Shown: in pieces, positions 1 to 8,969 of the stretch
Numbering within the stretch: the first letter of the stretch is position 1
Layout of the letters: each line of letters opens with the position of its first letter
Source of the DNA: a bacterium
GTDB taxonomy: Bacteria > UBA8248
Reading direction: 5' to 3'
Assembly: GCA_965203325.1 (NCBI GenBank)
Contig: OZ241875.1
Coordinates: forward strand, 1,792,001 to 1,856,000
DNA: 64,000 nt
Notes under the pieces: model-generated
Told to the model about the DNA's origin: nothing
The model's input: the letters and a program-made list of their open reading frames with translations, nothing else
The model's database searches: none
Program-made: the position numbers and the translations under genes

Positions 1-1
1 C

Positions 2-202
2 GACCGGAAGAACTCGCACTTGAAGACGCTCACGGTGAAGAAGTACAAGCAGTATCTGGGCAAGTACTGGCAGGCGCACGAGATGAACATGGTGAACCAC
101 CTCACAGGCAAGAGCACCGTGCTGAGTTGGAAGGACTTCAAGTTCCGCACCAGGCTCAAAGCCAGCGAATTCACGCGAACCGGCCTGAAGCGGGTGCGCT
201 GA
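2..202 (+). CDS. Outer-membrane lipoprotein-sorting (LolA-like) protein, 3' part only
   Basis: Frame open from the window edge: DRKNSHLKTL...YW.AHEMNMVNHLTGKSTVL..KDFKF...L...F....LKRVR, the typical C-terminus of LolA-like proteins found next to MMPL/RND genes; its TGA overlaps the next ATG. Confidence 0.7.
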   Translation, partial: DRKNSHLKTLTVKKYKQYLGKYWQAHEMNMVNHLTGKSTVLSWKDFKFRTRLKASEFTRTGLKRVR

Positions 203-1458
203 TGCCGCCCCGCGCCGCTTTTCCCCGCGCGGTGCTGGCCGCCGTCCCCATCCTGGCCGTTTTCCTTTTCATCGGGACGAGCCTCGGGGCCGAAAGCATC
301 GAGCACGAACTCTCCGGCAGCCTGGACGTCGACGGCCGGTGGTATCCCCAAACAGGCGCCCATCCCGAACAGCGCGCGCACGCGAGCGGCTTCGCAGCGG
401 AGCCGAAGCTCCATCTCGAAGGCGGGGGGAACTGGAGTTTCACGATCTCGCCGTTTTTCCGCTACGACGGCGCGGACTCACGCCGCACCCACGCCGATTT
501 GCGCGAGGCCTATCTTCTCATGTTCGGTGAAGCCGGCGACGGGGAATGGGAGTTGCGCCTGGGTGTGGACCGCGTGTTCTGGGGCGTCACCGAATCGCAG
601 CACCTGGTCGACATCATCAACCAGACCGACCTCGTCGAGCATCCCAACAAGGAAAGCAAGCTGGGCCAGCCCATGGCCCACCTCACCTGGTCGGCGGAGT
701 GGGGCATCCTGGAGTTTTTCGCCCTGACCTATCACCGCGCGCGCACCTATCCGGGCCGCCACGGCCGCCTGCGCTCCTCGATTCCCATAGACGACGAGCA
801 CGTCTCATACGAGAACGCCGCCGGGGAGTGGCGCGTGGACCTCGCCGCCCGCTACAGCCACAGTTTCGGGCCTTTCGATTTAGGCCTCAGCGTATTCGAC
901 GGCACCAGCCGGGATCCCTTTATCACCCCGCACCTGGACGAGCGCGGCGCGCTGACCCTGCGCCAGCACTACGAACCAATCCTTCAGTTCAGCGTGGACG
1001 CCCAGCTCACAATCGAGTCGTGGCTGCTCAAGCTCGAAGCCCTTCACCGCGAAGGCGCGCGGAACCTCCTGGGAATGGAAGAGGACTACGCCGCTTTCGT
1101 CATGGGCGGGGAGTACACCTTCAATTCCATCTGGGGCTCGGCCGCCGACCTCGGCCTCCTCGCCGAATGGAATTACGACGAGCGGCGCGAGCGTTCGAAC
1201 TCCGAGTTCCAGAACGACCTCTTCTACGCCGTGCGCCTGGGACTCAACGACGCCCAGAGCACGGAGATCATCGCCGGCGTTCTCGCGGACGCGGATCATT
1301 CCACGCGCACCATGAGCTTCGAACTGAGGCGCCGCCTCTCGGACCAGTGGTCCATGAAGCTCGAAGCGATTGTGCTGATGGACGTGGATGAGGAAGACAT
1401 CATCTACGACACGAGGCGGGACAGCTTCGTGGCCCTGAACGTGACGTACAATTTCTAG
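202..1458 (+). CDS. Putative outer-membrane beta-barrel protein (MMPL/LolA-like associated)
   Basis: ATG at 202 overlaps the upstream stop; signal-peptide-like N-terminus; DLREAY / FWGV..S..LVDIINQ motifs; C-terminal alternating strand ending in Phe (VALNVTYNF). Confidence 0.7.
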   Translation: MPPRAAFPRAVLAAVPILAVFLFIGTSLGAESIEHELSGSLDVDGRWYPQTGAHPEQRAHASGFAAEPKLHLEGGGNWSFTISPFFRYDGADSRRTHADLREAYLLMFGEAGDGEWELRLGVDRVFWGVTESQHLVDIINQTDLVEHPNKESKLGQPMAHLTWSAEWGILEFFALTYHRARTYPGRHGRLRSSIPIDDEHVSYENAAGEWRVDLAARYSHSFGPFDLGLSVFDGTSRDPFITPHLDERGALTLRQHYEPILQFSVDAQLTIESWLLKLEALHREGARNLLGMEEDYAAFVMGGEYTFNSIWGSAADLGLLAEWNYDERRERSNSEFQNDLFYAVRLGLNDAQSTEIIAGVLADADHSTRTMSFELRRRLSDQWSMKLEAIVLMDVDEEDIIYDTRRDSFVALNVTYNF

Positions 1459-1538
1459 ATCGAATTTTCTTGTCTCTGCGCCCGTTGGAGTGCCCGCGTT
1501 TCGGGATGCGCGGGAGACGCCGCGCCGGCCGTTGCCGG

Positions 1539-3587
1539 TCAGGAAGTGAGGGCGACCGCCCGTTGGTCGCTTTCCGCCCGGTCACCCACCGCCCGATCAG
1601 ATGAGAAGATCGGGCGCTTCGACTTGATTCGGAGCTTGAGGCTCTTGCGAGGGGTGCAGGTCGGGAACGGATTGATTTTGACCGGGTAGCTCGATGGCAG
1701 CACTTCAAGCTCGAAGTAGTAGGCGATCATCAAAAGGTTGAGCGTCATTTGATATTCCGCCACTCTCGGGCCGAGGCAGGTGTGCGTACCGAAACCGAAC
1801 GCCCCGTAAGCCCCGTGTTTCTTGTGCTCCTCGCGCCCGGGAAGATACCGGTCGATGTCGAACTTCTGCGGATCCGGATAGTTCTCCTCCATGTAGTGCA
1901 CGGCGGTGGACGCCAGCACGACGCGAGCATCGAGGGGTAGTTCATAACCCTCCACGATGCAGCTGTTCATGACGGTTCTCAACTGCAACGGCACGCTAGG
2001 GTAGATCCGAAGGGTTTCGAGAATCAGCCGGTGGGCGGTGTCGATGGCCTCAGGCGTGATGTCCTCCGGATCGGGGTCTCCTTCGGCGAACAGCGCCTCG
2101 GCTTCCCTGCGCACGCGCTGAAAGACGTCCGGATGGGAGACCATCAAATAGAGCCCGAACGCGACGGCGGTGCCCATATACATGGCCGCGACGAACGGTA
2201 TGATCATCATGAACCTGGTATCGGTATCCGGAAAGTACTGCGGGTCGCTGGCGTGCAGGCTGAGCAGGTCGTCGATCAGGTCGCGGGGCTGGTTTTCACG
2301 CTGCGCCGGGGTGTGCGAGTTCCGGATCATGGAATAGACGTGGTCGATTCGCCGCCGGATGGCTTGCATTCGCGGCGTTCGCATGAAGAACTTCGGCAAA
2401 ATCTTCTGCGCGTAGGTGATCAACATGCGGTTCTTGTATTTGTGGATGTCGTCCACGTATTCTGAAAAGTCCATGCTGAACAGGAGCCGGGATACCTGGC
2501 CGGACATGAGGGTGCGGCTTGCGTCCTTGGCGACGAGCACGTCGCCCACGTTCCACGAATCAAGCGCAAGCCGTATCTCTTCGAACAGATCTCCGAGACG
2601 GTCGTTCAGGCGGCTCCGGGAGGAGGCCATCTGGAACGCCTTGCGCATACGGAAGTGTTCGGCCCCGTCCATGCCCGGCAGGCTTCTCGACGCGCCGAGC
2701 ACGGTCTCCATCCCCTCCATGGTTTCCTTCGATCGCAGGTGCATCCGACCATTCCGGTTGACCCAGATGTTCGCATCGTTCCCGGCGATGACGAAAACTC
2801 TCTTCTTGGAAAAGGGAGCCTTGATCACGAAGACCGGGCCGTAGTCGCGGTAAAGGTCGGCCAGCAGTCTGGACGTATTCCCTTGCCAAAGTGAATCTTT
2901 GCGGAGCATTTTCAACAGGCTCACGTTGGGAATGGGTTTCGTCGCTATCGCGATGGAGCGACTGACCGATGTCTCCGCGACGGCGGTGGCGACGGATCGA
3001 CTGATGCGGTCCAGCATGCCCAGCAGTTCGATACGCTCGCGTGAAGCCTCGTAGTCGCGCGGTTGCAGAAGAAACCTGAATGCGTCGCAGGCATCGGCAA
3101 GTCCGATGATGATGGCGTCACGGGGATAGGGTATGTCGTCCCCCAAGATCGTCTCGACGATCCGCTGGCGGACTATCGACCGGGACTCGCCATTGGACAT
3201 GCCGTTGTCCGCTTTCGCCGCGTCTCGCGAGAGAGACCAGAAACCGCCGTTCGTATAGTACAGGACCCCGTTTTTCGACAACCGTTCGAGAGAATGATAC
3301 AGGATATCATCCGACGTACCGGCGATTTTCTCGACCCAGTAACTGACGGTGCGTGGCTCCGGATCGGCGGCAATGGTCGCCAGAACGGGGTCGAGGAGAT
3401 CGTCTCCCATAGGTGATGGATCGTCCAACGAAAGCATCTCTTGAGCGGTGTCGATACGGGACTCGAGGTCGAGGTCCGCCAGCGCGGCGCCGGCGAGAAC
3501 GCACGAGAGATTCCAGCCCGCCACCTGTTCGAGATAGCCGCTCTCTTCGTTCAGCAACAGGAGTATGATTTCTTCCGTCAGCCTCAT
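1539..3587 (-). CDS. GPP34/GOLPH3-like domain fused to cytochrome P450
   Basis: N-terminal ~210 aa begins MRLTEEIILLLLNEESG..LAGAALADLDLESRID..GDDLLD (GPP34 pattern); C-terminal P450 with ETLR (ExxR), DPQKFDIDRY and heme motif FGFGTHTCLG. Start placed at ATG 3587 after a GAGAGG RBS-like sequence. Confidence 0.85.
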   Translation of the reverse strand: MRLTEEIILLLLNEESGYLEQVAGWNLSCVLAGAALADLDLESRIDTAQEMLSLDDPSPMGDDLLDPVLATIAADPEPRTVSYWVEKIAGTSDDILYHSLERLSKNGVLYYTNGGFWSLSRDAAKADNGMSNGESRSIVRQRIVETILGDDIPYPRDAIIIGLADACDAFRFLLQPRDYEASRERIELLGMLDRISRSVATAVAETSVSRSIAIATKPIPNVSLLKMLRKDSLWQGNTSRLLADLYRDYGPVFVIKAPFSKKRVFVIAGNDANIWVNRNGRMHLRSKETMEGMETVLGASRSLPGMDGAEHFRMRKAFQMASSRSRLNDRLGDLFEEIRLALDSWNVGDVLVAKDASRTLMSGQVSRLLFSMDFSEYVDDIHKYKNRMLITYAQKILPKFFMRTPRMQAIRRRIDHVYSMIRNSHTPAQRENQPRDLIDDLLSLHASDPQYFPDTDTRFMMIIPFVAAMYMGTAVAFGLYLMVSHPDVFQRVRREAEALFAEGDPDPEDITPEAIDTAHRLILETLRIYPSVPLQLRTVMNSCIVEGYELPLDARVVLASTAVHYMEENYPDPQKFDIDRYLPGREEHKKHGAYGAFGFGTHTCLGPRVAEYQMTLNLLMIAYYFELEVLPSSYPVKINPFPTCTPRKSLKLRIKSKRPIFSSDRAVGDRAESDQRAVALTS

Positions 3588-3687
3588 CCGAAATCGCCTC
3601 TCAAGATTTGGTGAAGGAGTATTCTGCTCCTCGCGGCTTCCAAAGGACAGGACTACGCCGTTCCGGCGCCCACGGCAGGAAGCCGAT

Positions 3688-3723
3688 GGGGCCATTATGG
3701 CCCAGTAAAACGATTGATTTCAA
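3688..3723 (-). promoter_or_regulatory. Putative sigma70 promoter of the GPP34-P450 gene
   Basis: Minus strand TTGAAA-18 nt-CATAAT; GGGCCA-tta-TGGCCC palindrome over the -10; near-identical element at 7345-7380. Confidence 0.55.
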
Positions 3724-3774
3724 GTATTTTGTTCCGTATCCATCGCTCCGACAACCGCATGAAGCCGCGCCTGT

Positions 3775-3958
3775 GAGGTCGTTGAAACAGTCCCGATTTT
3801 CAGGGGGTGGAGGGGCAATCAAATCGACCGGGGAGGCGCCGCCCCGTAGGGACAGGCCTCCGTGCCTGTCCTGATTCGAACCATCCCGCACCTGATTCGA
3901 ACCATCCCGCAAAAGGACAACCACAACACCGACCAACCACGGGTTTTTCAACAGCCCC
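3775..3958. repeat. MITE-like element (copy 1) with GTAG-type REP hairpin and 21-bp tandem duplication
   Basis: Ends GAGGTCGTTGAAACAGTCCC / GGGTTTTTCAACAGCCCC; internal GTAGGGACAGGC..GCCTGTCC hairpin; CCTGATTCGAACCATCCCGCA x2 (3870-3911). Confidence 0.65.
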
Positions 3959-4699
3959 CTATCCGCCGCCCATGGCCGCGAGCCGCTCGACCGCTTTTTG
4001 GTGAATCAGCCGCTCCAAGGCGTCTTCGGGCGGTAATTTTACCGCGCGCTCGAGCAGGCCGCGCGCCCTTGCGCGGTTCTTATCGGCATCCAGGCTCAGA
4101 AGACCGAGCGCGTACTCGAACAGCGCCGATTTGTCCCGAGGCACCAGTTCGAGCGCCCGCCCGAAATGGGCGAGCGCCTCCTCTTCGCTCGCCCCGTAGA
4201 GCAGACCGGCGAAGAATCCCCCTGCGCCGACGGCACCCGCATGCCAAGCGGCCAGGCTGACGTGGGCGGCCGCCATTTTCGGGTCCAGGCGAAGCGCCTC
4301 CTGAATCGCATCGCGCACTTTGGTTGCGTAACCCTCCTTGAGCGCCTTAAGCGCGCCGCCCACCTGCGCCTGGCGGCCCATGGCGTGGGCCAATTGGAGA
4401 TGGGCCTCGGGGTTGGCCGCGTCCAGCCGAACCGCCTCCCGCGCGAGTTTCTCGGCCCGCTTGAACAAGCCTGCTTTTTCACCCTCCGGCGCGATGTAGT
4501 AGCCGTGAATCGCCAGTGAATCGGCGGCCAAGGCATAGCCCTCCGAGGTTGCGATAACCCGGGCGAGATCGGCGGCATCCACGAAGCGGCCCTCGGCATA
4601 CGCGGCGCGCGCCTCTTCGATCGACTGCGCGCAGGCATTCCCCGCAAACAAGAACGTGCAGGCAATTGTCAGGTAGATACGGAATAGGGACTTGTACAT
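3959..4699 (-). CDS. Secreted TPR-like repeat protein
   Basis: Signal peptide (..FAGNACA); helical repeats AREAVRLDAANPEAH, ALRLDPKMAAAH, ALELVP. Confidence 0.75.
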   Translation of the reverse strand: MYKSLFRIYLTIACTFLFAGNACAQSIEEARAAYAEGRFVDAADLARVIATSEGYALAADSLAIHGYYIAPEGEKAGLFKRAEKLAREAVRLDAANPEAHLQLAHAMGRQAQVGGALKALKEGYATKVRDAIQEALRLDPKMAAAHVSLAAWHAGAVGAGGFFAGLLYGASEEEALAHFGRALELVPRDKSALFEYALGLLSLDADKNRARARGLLERAVKLPPEDALERLIHQKAVERLAAMGGG

Positions 4700-4906
4700 T
4701 ATATACTTCCTGCGGACCGGCGGACTCCATGGCCGTTTCGGTTCAGGAGGGTATTATACGAAAATCGCAAGAGGCGTCCGTTTCGCAAAAAAGTCGTCTG
4801 CCCTGCTCCGGCTTGCGGGCGAGTATGAAATACATCGGGATGAAAATGCCGAGGCGGCCGGCTTCGCTGATGACCGCAGCGGCAAGGTTCATTCGGTGAG
4901 CATGGA

Positions 4907-7222
4907 TCATTGCGTCTTTCGGTCGAGGGCTATCAGCAGGGGCGGCAGGAGCAGCAAATCCAGGATCAGCGCGAAGCTGAGCGTGAGCGCCACCAGGAGG
5001 CCGAGCATCCAGGTGATCGCGAATCCCGACGTGGCGAACACCAGGAAGCCCAGCACCAGGATCGAGGTCGTGGAGAACAGCGCAAAACCTACCGAACGGA
5101 AGGTGGTGCGCACCGCCTCGGGTGAGGAAAGGCCCTCGCGGCGCCCCTTCAGATACTTGCTCATGAAGTGAATCGTGTCGTCGACGACGATCCCGAAGGC
5201 GATCGCGGTCACGAGAGAACCGGCGGGCCCCACCTCGCTGTAGAGATAACCCCAGACGCCGAAGGCCATGGCAGCGGGGATGAGGTTGGGCATGAGGCTG
5301 ATGAGGCCGAGGCGCAGGCTCTTGAAAATCCCGATCAGGATCAGCGAAATGAGGACCATGCCGGTAAGCGTGCCCCACAACATGCTCAAGGTGTTCCGAA
5401 TGGCCAGATGGGCGAAGATGAGGCTGTACCCCGACGCCCCTTTCGCGAGGCCGGGCGCGTTGGCGCTGAGCCATTTCTGCCCGCGCGCTTCGAGCGCGCG
5501 CAACTCCTCGGACTTGAGTCTTTTGAGTGTGACGGTCATGCGCGTGGCGGATTTGGCGACGTTGATGCGATTGTTGAGGTCCATGCCGAAGGGAACCGAA
5601 AACTCGTAGAGCAGCAGATACTGCGCGGCAAGCCGGGAGTTTTCCGGCAGCCGGTAGAAGGCGGGATTATCGCCGTTCATGTTCTTGTTGAGGCGCTTCA
5701 TGATGTCCGTAAACACCTGGACATGCGCCACTTCCGGCTGGGCGCGGTACCATCCGGCGAAAGCCTCGACTTTTTTCAGGTACGCAGGATCGGTGATTCC
5801 GGCTTCGCGCCCGGAGTCGAGGGAGTACTCCAGGGTTTCCACGCCGGTCAGGTTCTCGATGACGAAGTCCGTGTCGCGCCGGAACTCGTAACGCTCATCC
5901 AGATGCTGCGTCCAGTTGTCCGTCAGCTCGACGCGGGGCACACCCGCCACGAGCGCGATCGCAACGACGGCCGCAGACCAGAGCAGGAACGTGCGGCGCG
6001 CGACGACGAAGGCGCCGAGCCGATCGAAGAGGCCGGAACCCCCGGCGCCCGCCTGTCGCGCGCGCAATGGCAGGACCGACAGCAGCGCCGGCAGAAGCGT
6101 CATGGAATAGGCGTAGGCGCACAGCATGCCGAACGCCACCAGGTTGCCGAGTATCCGAAAAGGCGGAGAGTCCGAGGCGTTCATGCTGAGGAACCCGATG
6201 ATCGTCGTGGCCGTCGTCAGGAACACGGGCCAGGCATTGTGGCGCAGCGATTCGGCAATCGCCGCGTCCCTGTCCAGACCTCCCCGCATGCCTGAAACGA
6301 TCGAATCGACGACGTGGACCGAGTGCGCGATGGCGAGCGTCATGATGATGAGGGGAACGCTGGAGTTGGCTGCGTTGAGCACCAGGCCGATCCAGCCGAT
6401 GACGCCCATGGCCGAGATGACGGTGAAGATGACGACGGCGATGAGGGACAGCGTGCCGAACAGGGAGCGCAGGAGGATGGCGGCGACGAACACGATGACG
6501 AGGAATGCCGCGGGCGCGAGAATCCCCATATCGTCCTGGGCCGCTTCCGTCAGGACCTGGTTCACGAAGACGTTGCCGGTAACGTGATATTCGATGTCCG
6601 GGTGCTTCGCCCGGGCCTTGGCCAGGAGGCCGCGGATATGGTTGTAAATCCGTATCTCCGCGGCGTCGGAACGCTCGGGCAAGGCGAAAATGACGACCAG
6701 ACCGGCGACGCGCCCGTCTCCCGAGACGAGACGGCCTACGACACTGCTCTCGCTCAGCGCAATCTTCTTGATCCGCGCGAGGTCTTCGTCGCCGAGCGAG
6801 CCCGCGTCGTCCACGAGGCGCTCCACGATCAAGTCGTCCCCTTCCGCCTCGGTGTGGTTATAGTTGACGAGGGAGTCGACCCGCGTGGCCCTAGGCACGC
6901 GCCACAAGTCCTCGGTCAACTCTTCGATGGCGCCGAGCGCCTGCCGCGTGAATACCGACCCGCCCTTGGGCGCGACCGCGACCACCGCCGCATTGGTCGC
7001 CGAATAAGTGGCTTCCATGGCGTCGAATGCGACGAGTTCGGGATTGCCCTCGTCCAGCATGTCGCGCCAGTCGTTGGAGATAACGATGGTGCGGAGGCCG
7101 ACCGCCAGAACCAGCATGACGCCCAGGGCCGCCGCGAGGAAGAGCCATCGGCGCCGCAACAAGAACGCAATGTAGCGGTTTAGAGGTGCGGACATCAGGG
7201 GCCTCGCTATCCGGCGGCTCAT
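4907..7222 (-). CDS. MMPL/RND family transporter (sterol-sensing-like, HpnN/YdfJ type)
   Basis: 771 aa, duplicated TM-plus-periplasmic architecture; motifs TTATTIIGFLS and FGIVVDDTIHF. Start could be 7195. Confidence 0.9.
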   Translation of the reverse strand: MSRRIARPLMSAPLNRYIAFLLRRRWLFLAAALGVMLVLAVGLRTIVISNDWRDMLDEGNPELVAFDAMEATYSATNAAVVAVAPKGGSVFTRQALGAIEELTEDLWRVPRATRVDSLVNYNHTEAEGDDLIVERLVDDAGSLGDEDLARIKKIALSESSVVGRLVSGDGRVAGLVVIFALPERSDAAEIRIYNHIRGLLAKARAKHPDIEYHVTGNVFVNQVLTEAAQDDMGILAPAAFLVIVFVAAILLRSLFGTLSLIAVVIFTVISAMGVIGWIGLVLNAANSSVPLIIMTLAIAHSVHVVDSIVSGMRGGLDRDAAIAESLRHNAWPVFLTTATTIIGFLSMNASDSPPFRILGNLVAFGMLCAYAYSMTLLPALLSVLPLRARQAGAGGSGLFDRLGAFVVARRTFLLWSAAVVAIALVAGVPRVELTDNWTQHLDERYEFRRDTDFVIENLTGVETLEYSLDSGREAGITDPAYLKKVEAFAGWYRAQPEVAHVQVFTDIMKRLNKNMNGDNPAFYRLPENSRLAAQYLLLYEFSVPFGMDLNNRINVAKSATRMTVTLKRLKSEELRALEARGQKWLSANAPGLAKGASGYSLIFAHLAIRNTLSMLWGTLTGMVLISLILIGIFKSLRLGLISLMPNLIPAAMAFGVWGYLYSEVGPAGSLVTAIAFGIVVDDTIHFMSKYLKGRREGLSSPEAVRTTFRSVGFALFSTTSILVLGFLVFATSGFAITWMLGLLVALTLSFALILDLLLLPPLLIALDRKTQ

Positions 7223-7344
7223 GGCCGCGGCAAACCCGCCGGTTCCATGGGCGGTTGCTTACTGGATACGAATCCCGATCATCGCAACGCGGCTTGCGCG
7301 GTGAAAATCCATGACGCTCGGGCCGCTGCAACAGTGAGCCAAGT

Positions 7345-7380
7345 GGGGCCATTATGGCTTAGCGGATCGATGGATTCAAG
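7345..7380 (-). promoter_or_regulatory. Putative sigma70 promoter of the MMPL gene
   Basis: Minus strand TTGAAT-17 nt-CATAAT followed by GGCCCC, same as upstream of the P450 fusion. Confidence 0.55.
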
Positions 7381-7424
7381 CTTTTTGTCCTGCGCCGTAT
7401 TCTCCGGACGGCGCGCGGGAACCA

Positions 7425-7712
7425 GGGGTTGTTGGAAAAGCCCCCTCATCAGGGGATGAAGGCACCCCCCCCTACCCCCCCTTGTCAGGGGTCAAACGCG
7501 AGTGATGAACGAGCGTTTGCATAAGCCATTGACGAGAAACACATCGTCTTGCAAAACCTCCCTCTTCGGTCGGTTTTGACCCCTGACAAGGGGGGGTAGG
7601 GGGGGGTGGTTTTCAGGGCGAGGAGAGCGTGCCGAATCCGCCTTTGGCCGTCATTCCGGCGAAAGCCGAAATGACGGTGAACTCTGTTGCATTGGGCTTT
7701 TTCAACAAGCCC
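7425..7712. repeat. MITE-like element (copy 2) with long internal inverted repeat
   Basis: Ends GGGGTTGTTGGAAAAGCCC / GGGCTTTTTCAACAAGCCC; internal ~33-bp inverted repeat CCCCCTACCCCCCCTTGTCAGGGGTCAAA...TTTGACCCCTGACAAGGGGGGGTAGGGGG and a GTCATTCCGGCGAAAGCCGAAATGAC hairpin. Confidence 0.7.
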
Positions 7713-7898
7713 GATCTACCGCGTCCTTGCCGCCTCAAAAAAAACTTGACAAAGGTGAGGCGTCTTTGAGTATATCTATAATACAGATTCCGTAAGGCTT
7801 TATCGCCCTTATTCCGTTCTGGGGAAGAAACCGGATGATATCGTCCGTCGAGCGATTACCGAGATACGTGCGAGTCGACCTGAAAGCGAGGAGAGGAC

Positions 7899-8831
7899 AT
7901 GAAACTGATTTCAAAACGGGAAAACACTTATAAACAAATGATCGTTGCGGCGGTCGCTTTAGCCGTGTTTCTTCTCCCGGCGTTCGCACCCGATGCGCGC
8001 GCGGCGGATTCGAATGCGCAAGCTGAGGGTTCGAGATGGTACTTCGGCCTGAACGTGCCGGTCATGTTCATCGACGACTCGGACAGCGTCGAGAGCGGAG
8101 CAGCGCAAGCACAAGGAGCCCCCCTGCCAGTCCCATACAGGGCGAACGCCCTCACGGAATACGCTACGGGGTACAGGATCAGCGGCGTGGTGGGCCGTGA
8201 ATTCGGCGCGGGCCTGCGCGCCGACGCCGAGCTCTTCTTCGCGAGGGCCGAGGTCGACAAGCTGATCTACAAGGGACGGACCACAACCGTGCCGCAACTA
8301 GGCACTTTTGATATCGCTGGCGACCATTCCATCCCCGTCTCCGGCTCGGCGAGCCAGTTGGGCGCCATGGTGAACGTCTGGTACGACTTTAACGCGGGCT
8401 CCAAATGGAGGCCTTACATCGGCGGCGGCTTAGGACTCGTCCGGGTCGACTGGGGCGACGTGAAGTATGACCGCAACGAGGTCGCGCAGGGGGCTGCGAA
8501 CCAGCTTGCGCTCATCGGTGCGTGTGCGCAGCTTATGCAACCTCCGGGCTGCACTCTGCCTCCACCGGTCGAACAAGGAGCCCTGGCCCTGGCCACCCTG
8601 CCCCCGGGGACCGTGCCGGACCTTTCCGACACGGATACGGTGCTCGCCTTTCAACTCGGCGCGGGGGTGGGCTACCAGTATTCTGACGCCATTACCATTC
8701 AGTTGGGCTACCGCATGCTGAAAGCCGGCGATTTGGAGTTCAGCGGCAGTAGCGCCATGGGTTCAACGGCCACGGCGACGACGGAAATGCTGGTCCATCT
8801 CTTCGAGATAGGGATACGCTATCGGTTCTAG
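7899..8831 (+). CDS. Outer-membrane 8-stranded beta-barrel (opacity/OmpA-TM/P44-like)
   Basis: Signal peptide; MVNVWYDF..KWRPYIGGGLG, AFQLGAGVGYQ, C-terminal GIRYRF. Confidence 0.85.
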   Translation: MKLISKRENTYKQMIVAAVALAVFLLPAFAPDARAADSNAQAEGSRWYFGLNVPVMFIDDSDSVESGAAQAQGAPLPVPYRANALTEYATGYRISGVVGREFGAGLRADAELFFARAEVDKLIYKGRTTTVPQLGTFDIAGDHSIPVSGSASQLGAMVNVWYDFNAGSKWRPYIGGGLGLVRVDWGDVKYDRNEVAQGAANQLALIGACAQLMQPPGCTLPPPVEQGALALATLPPGTVPDLSDTDTVLAFQLGAGVGYQYSDAITIQLGYRMLKAGDLEFSGSSAMGSTATATTEMLVHLFEIGIRYRF

Positions 8832-8969
8832 GCGTCGCGTGGCTCCTGAGCGTCCCGCCGGGACGAGGAACACGATTACGCGCGCCTCATACGGTTGCCG
8901 GCCGGGCATGACGCCGGCCGAACCCGCAGGCGAAGCCGCAGCCTTGGAACCGGGGGATGGCGGATACCG

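Noticed and set aside
3588..3695. 36-aa N-terminal extension of the P450 fusion in the ORF track
   Set aside because: Overlaps the predicted -10 element; domain similarity and the RBS point to ATG 3587.
3870..3911. CRISPR-like repeat
   Set aside because: Only two adjacent 21-bp copies with no spacer; no cas genes or arrays in the window.
7746..7782. TTGACA...TATAAT promoter upstream of the OM barrel gene
   Set aside because: The two perfect hexamers are 25 nt apart; a promoter is likely nearby but cannot be placed confidently.
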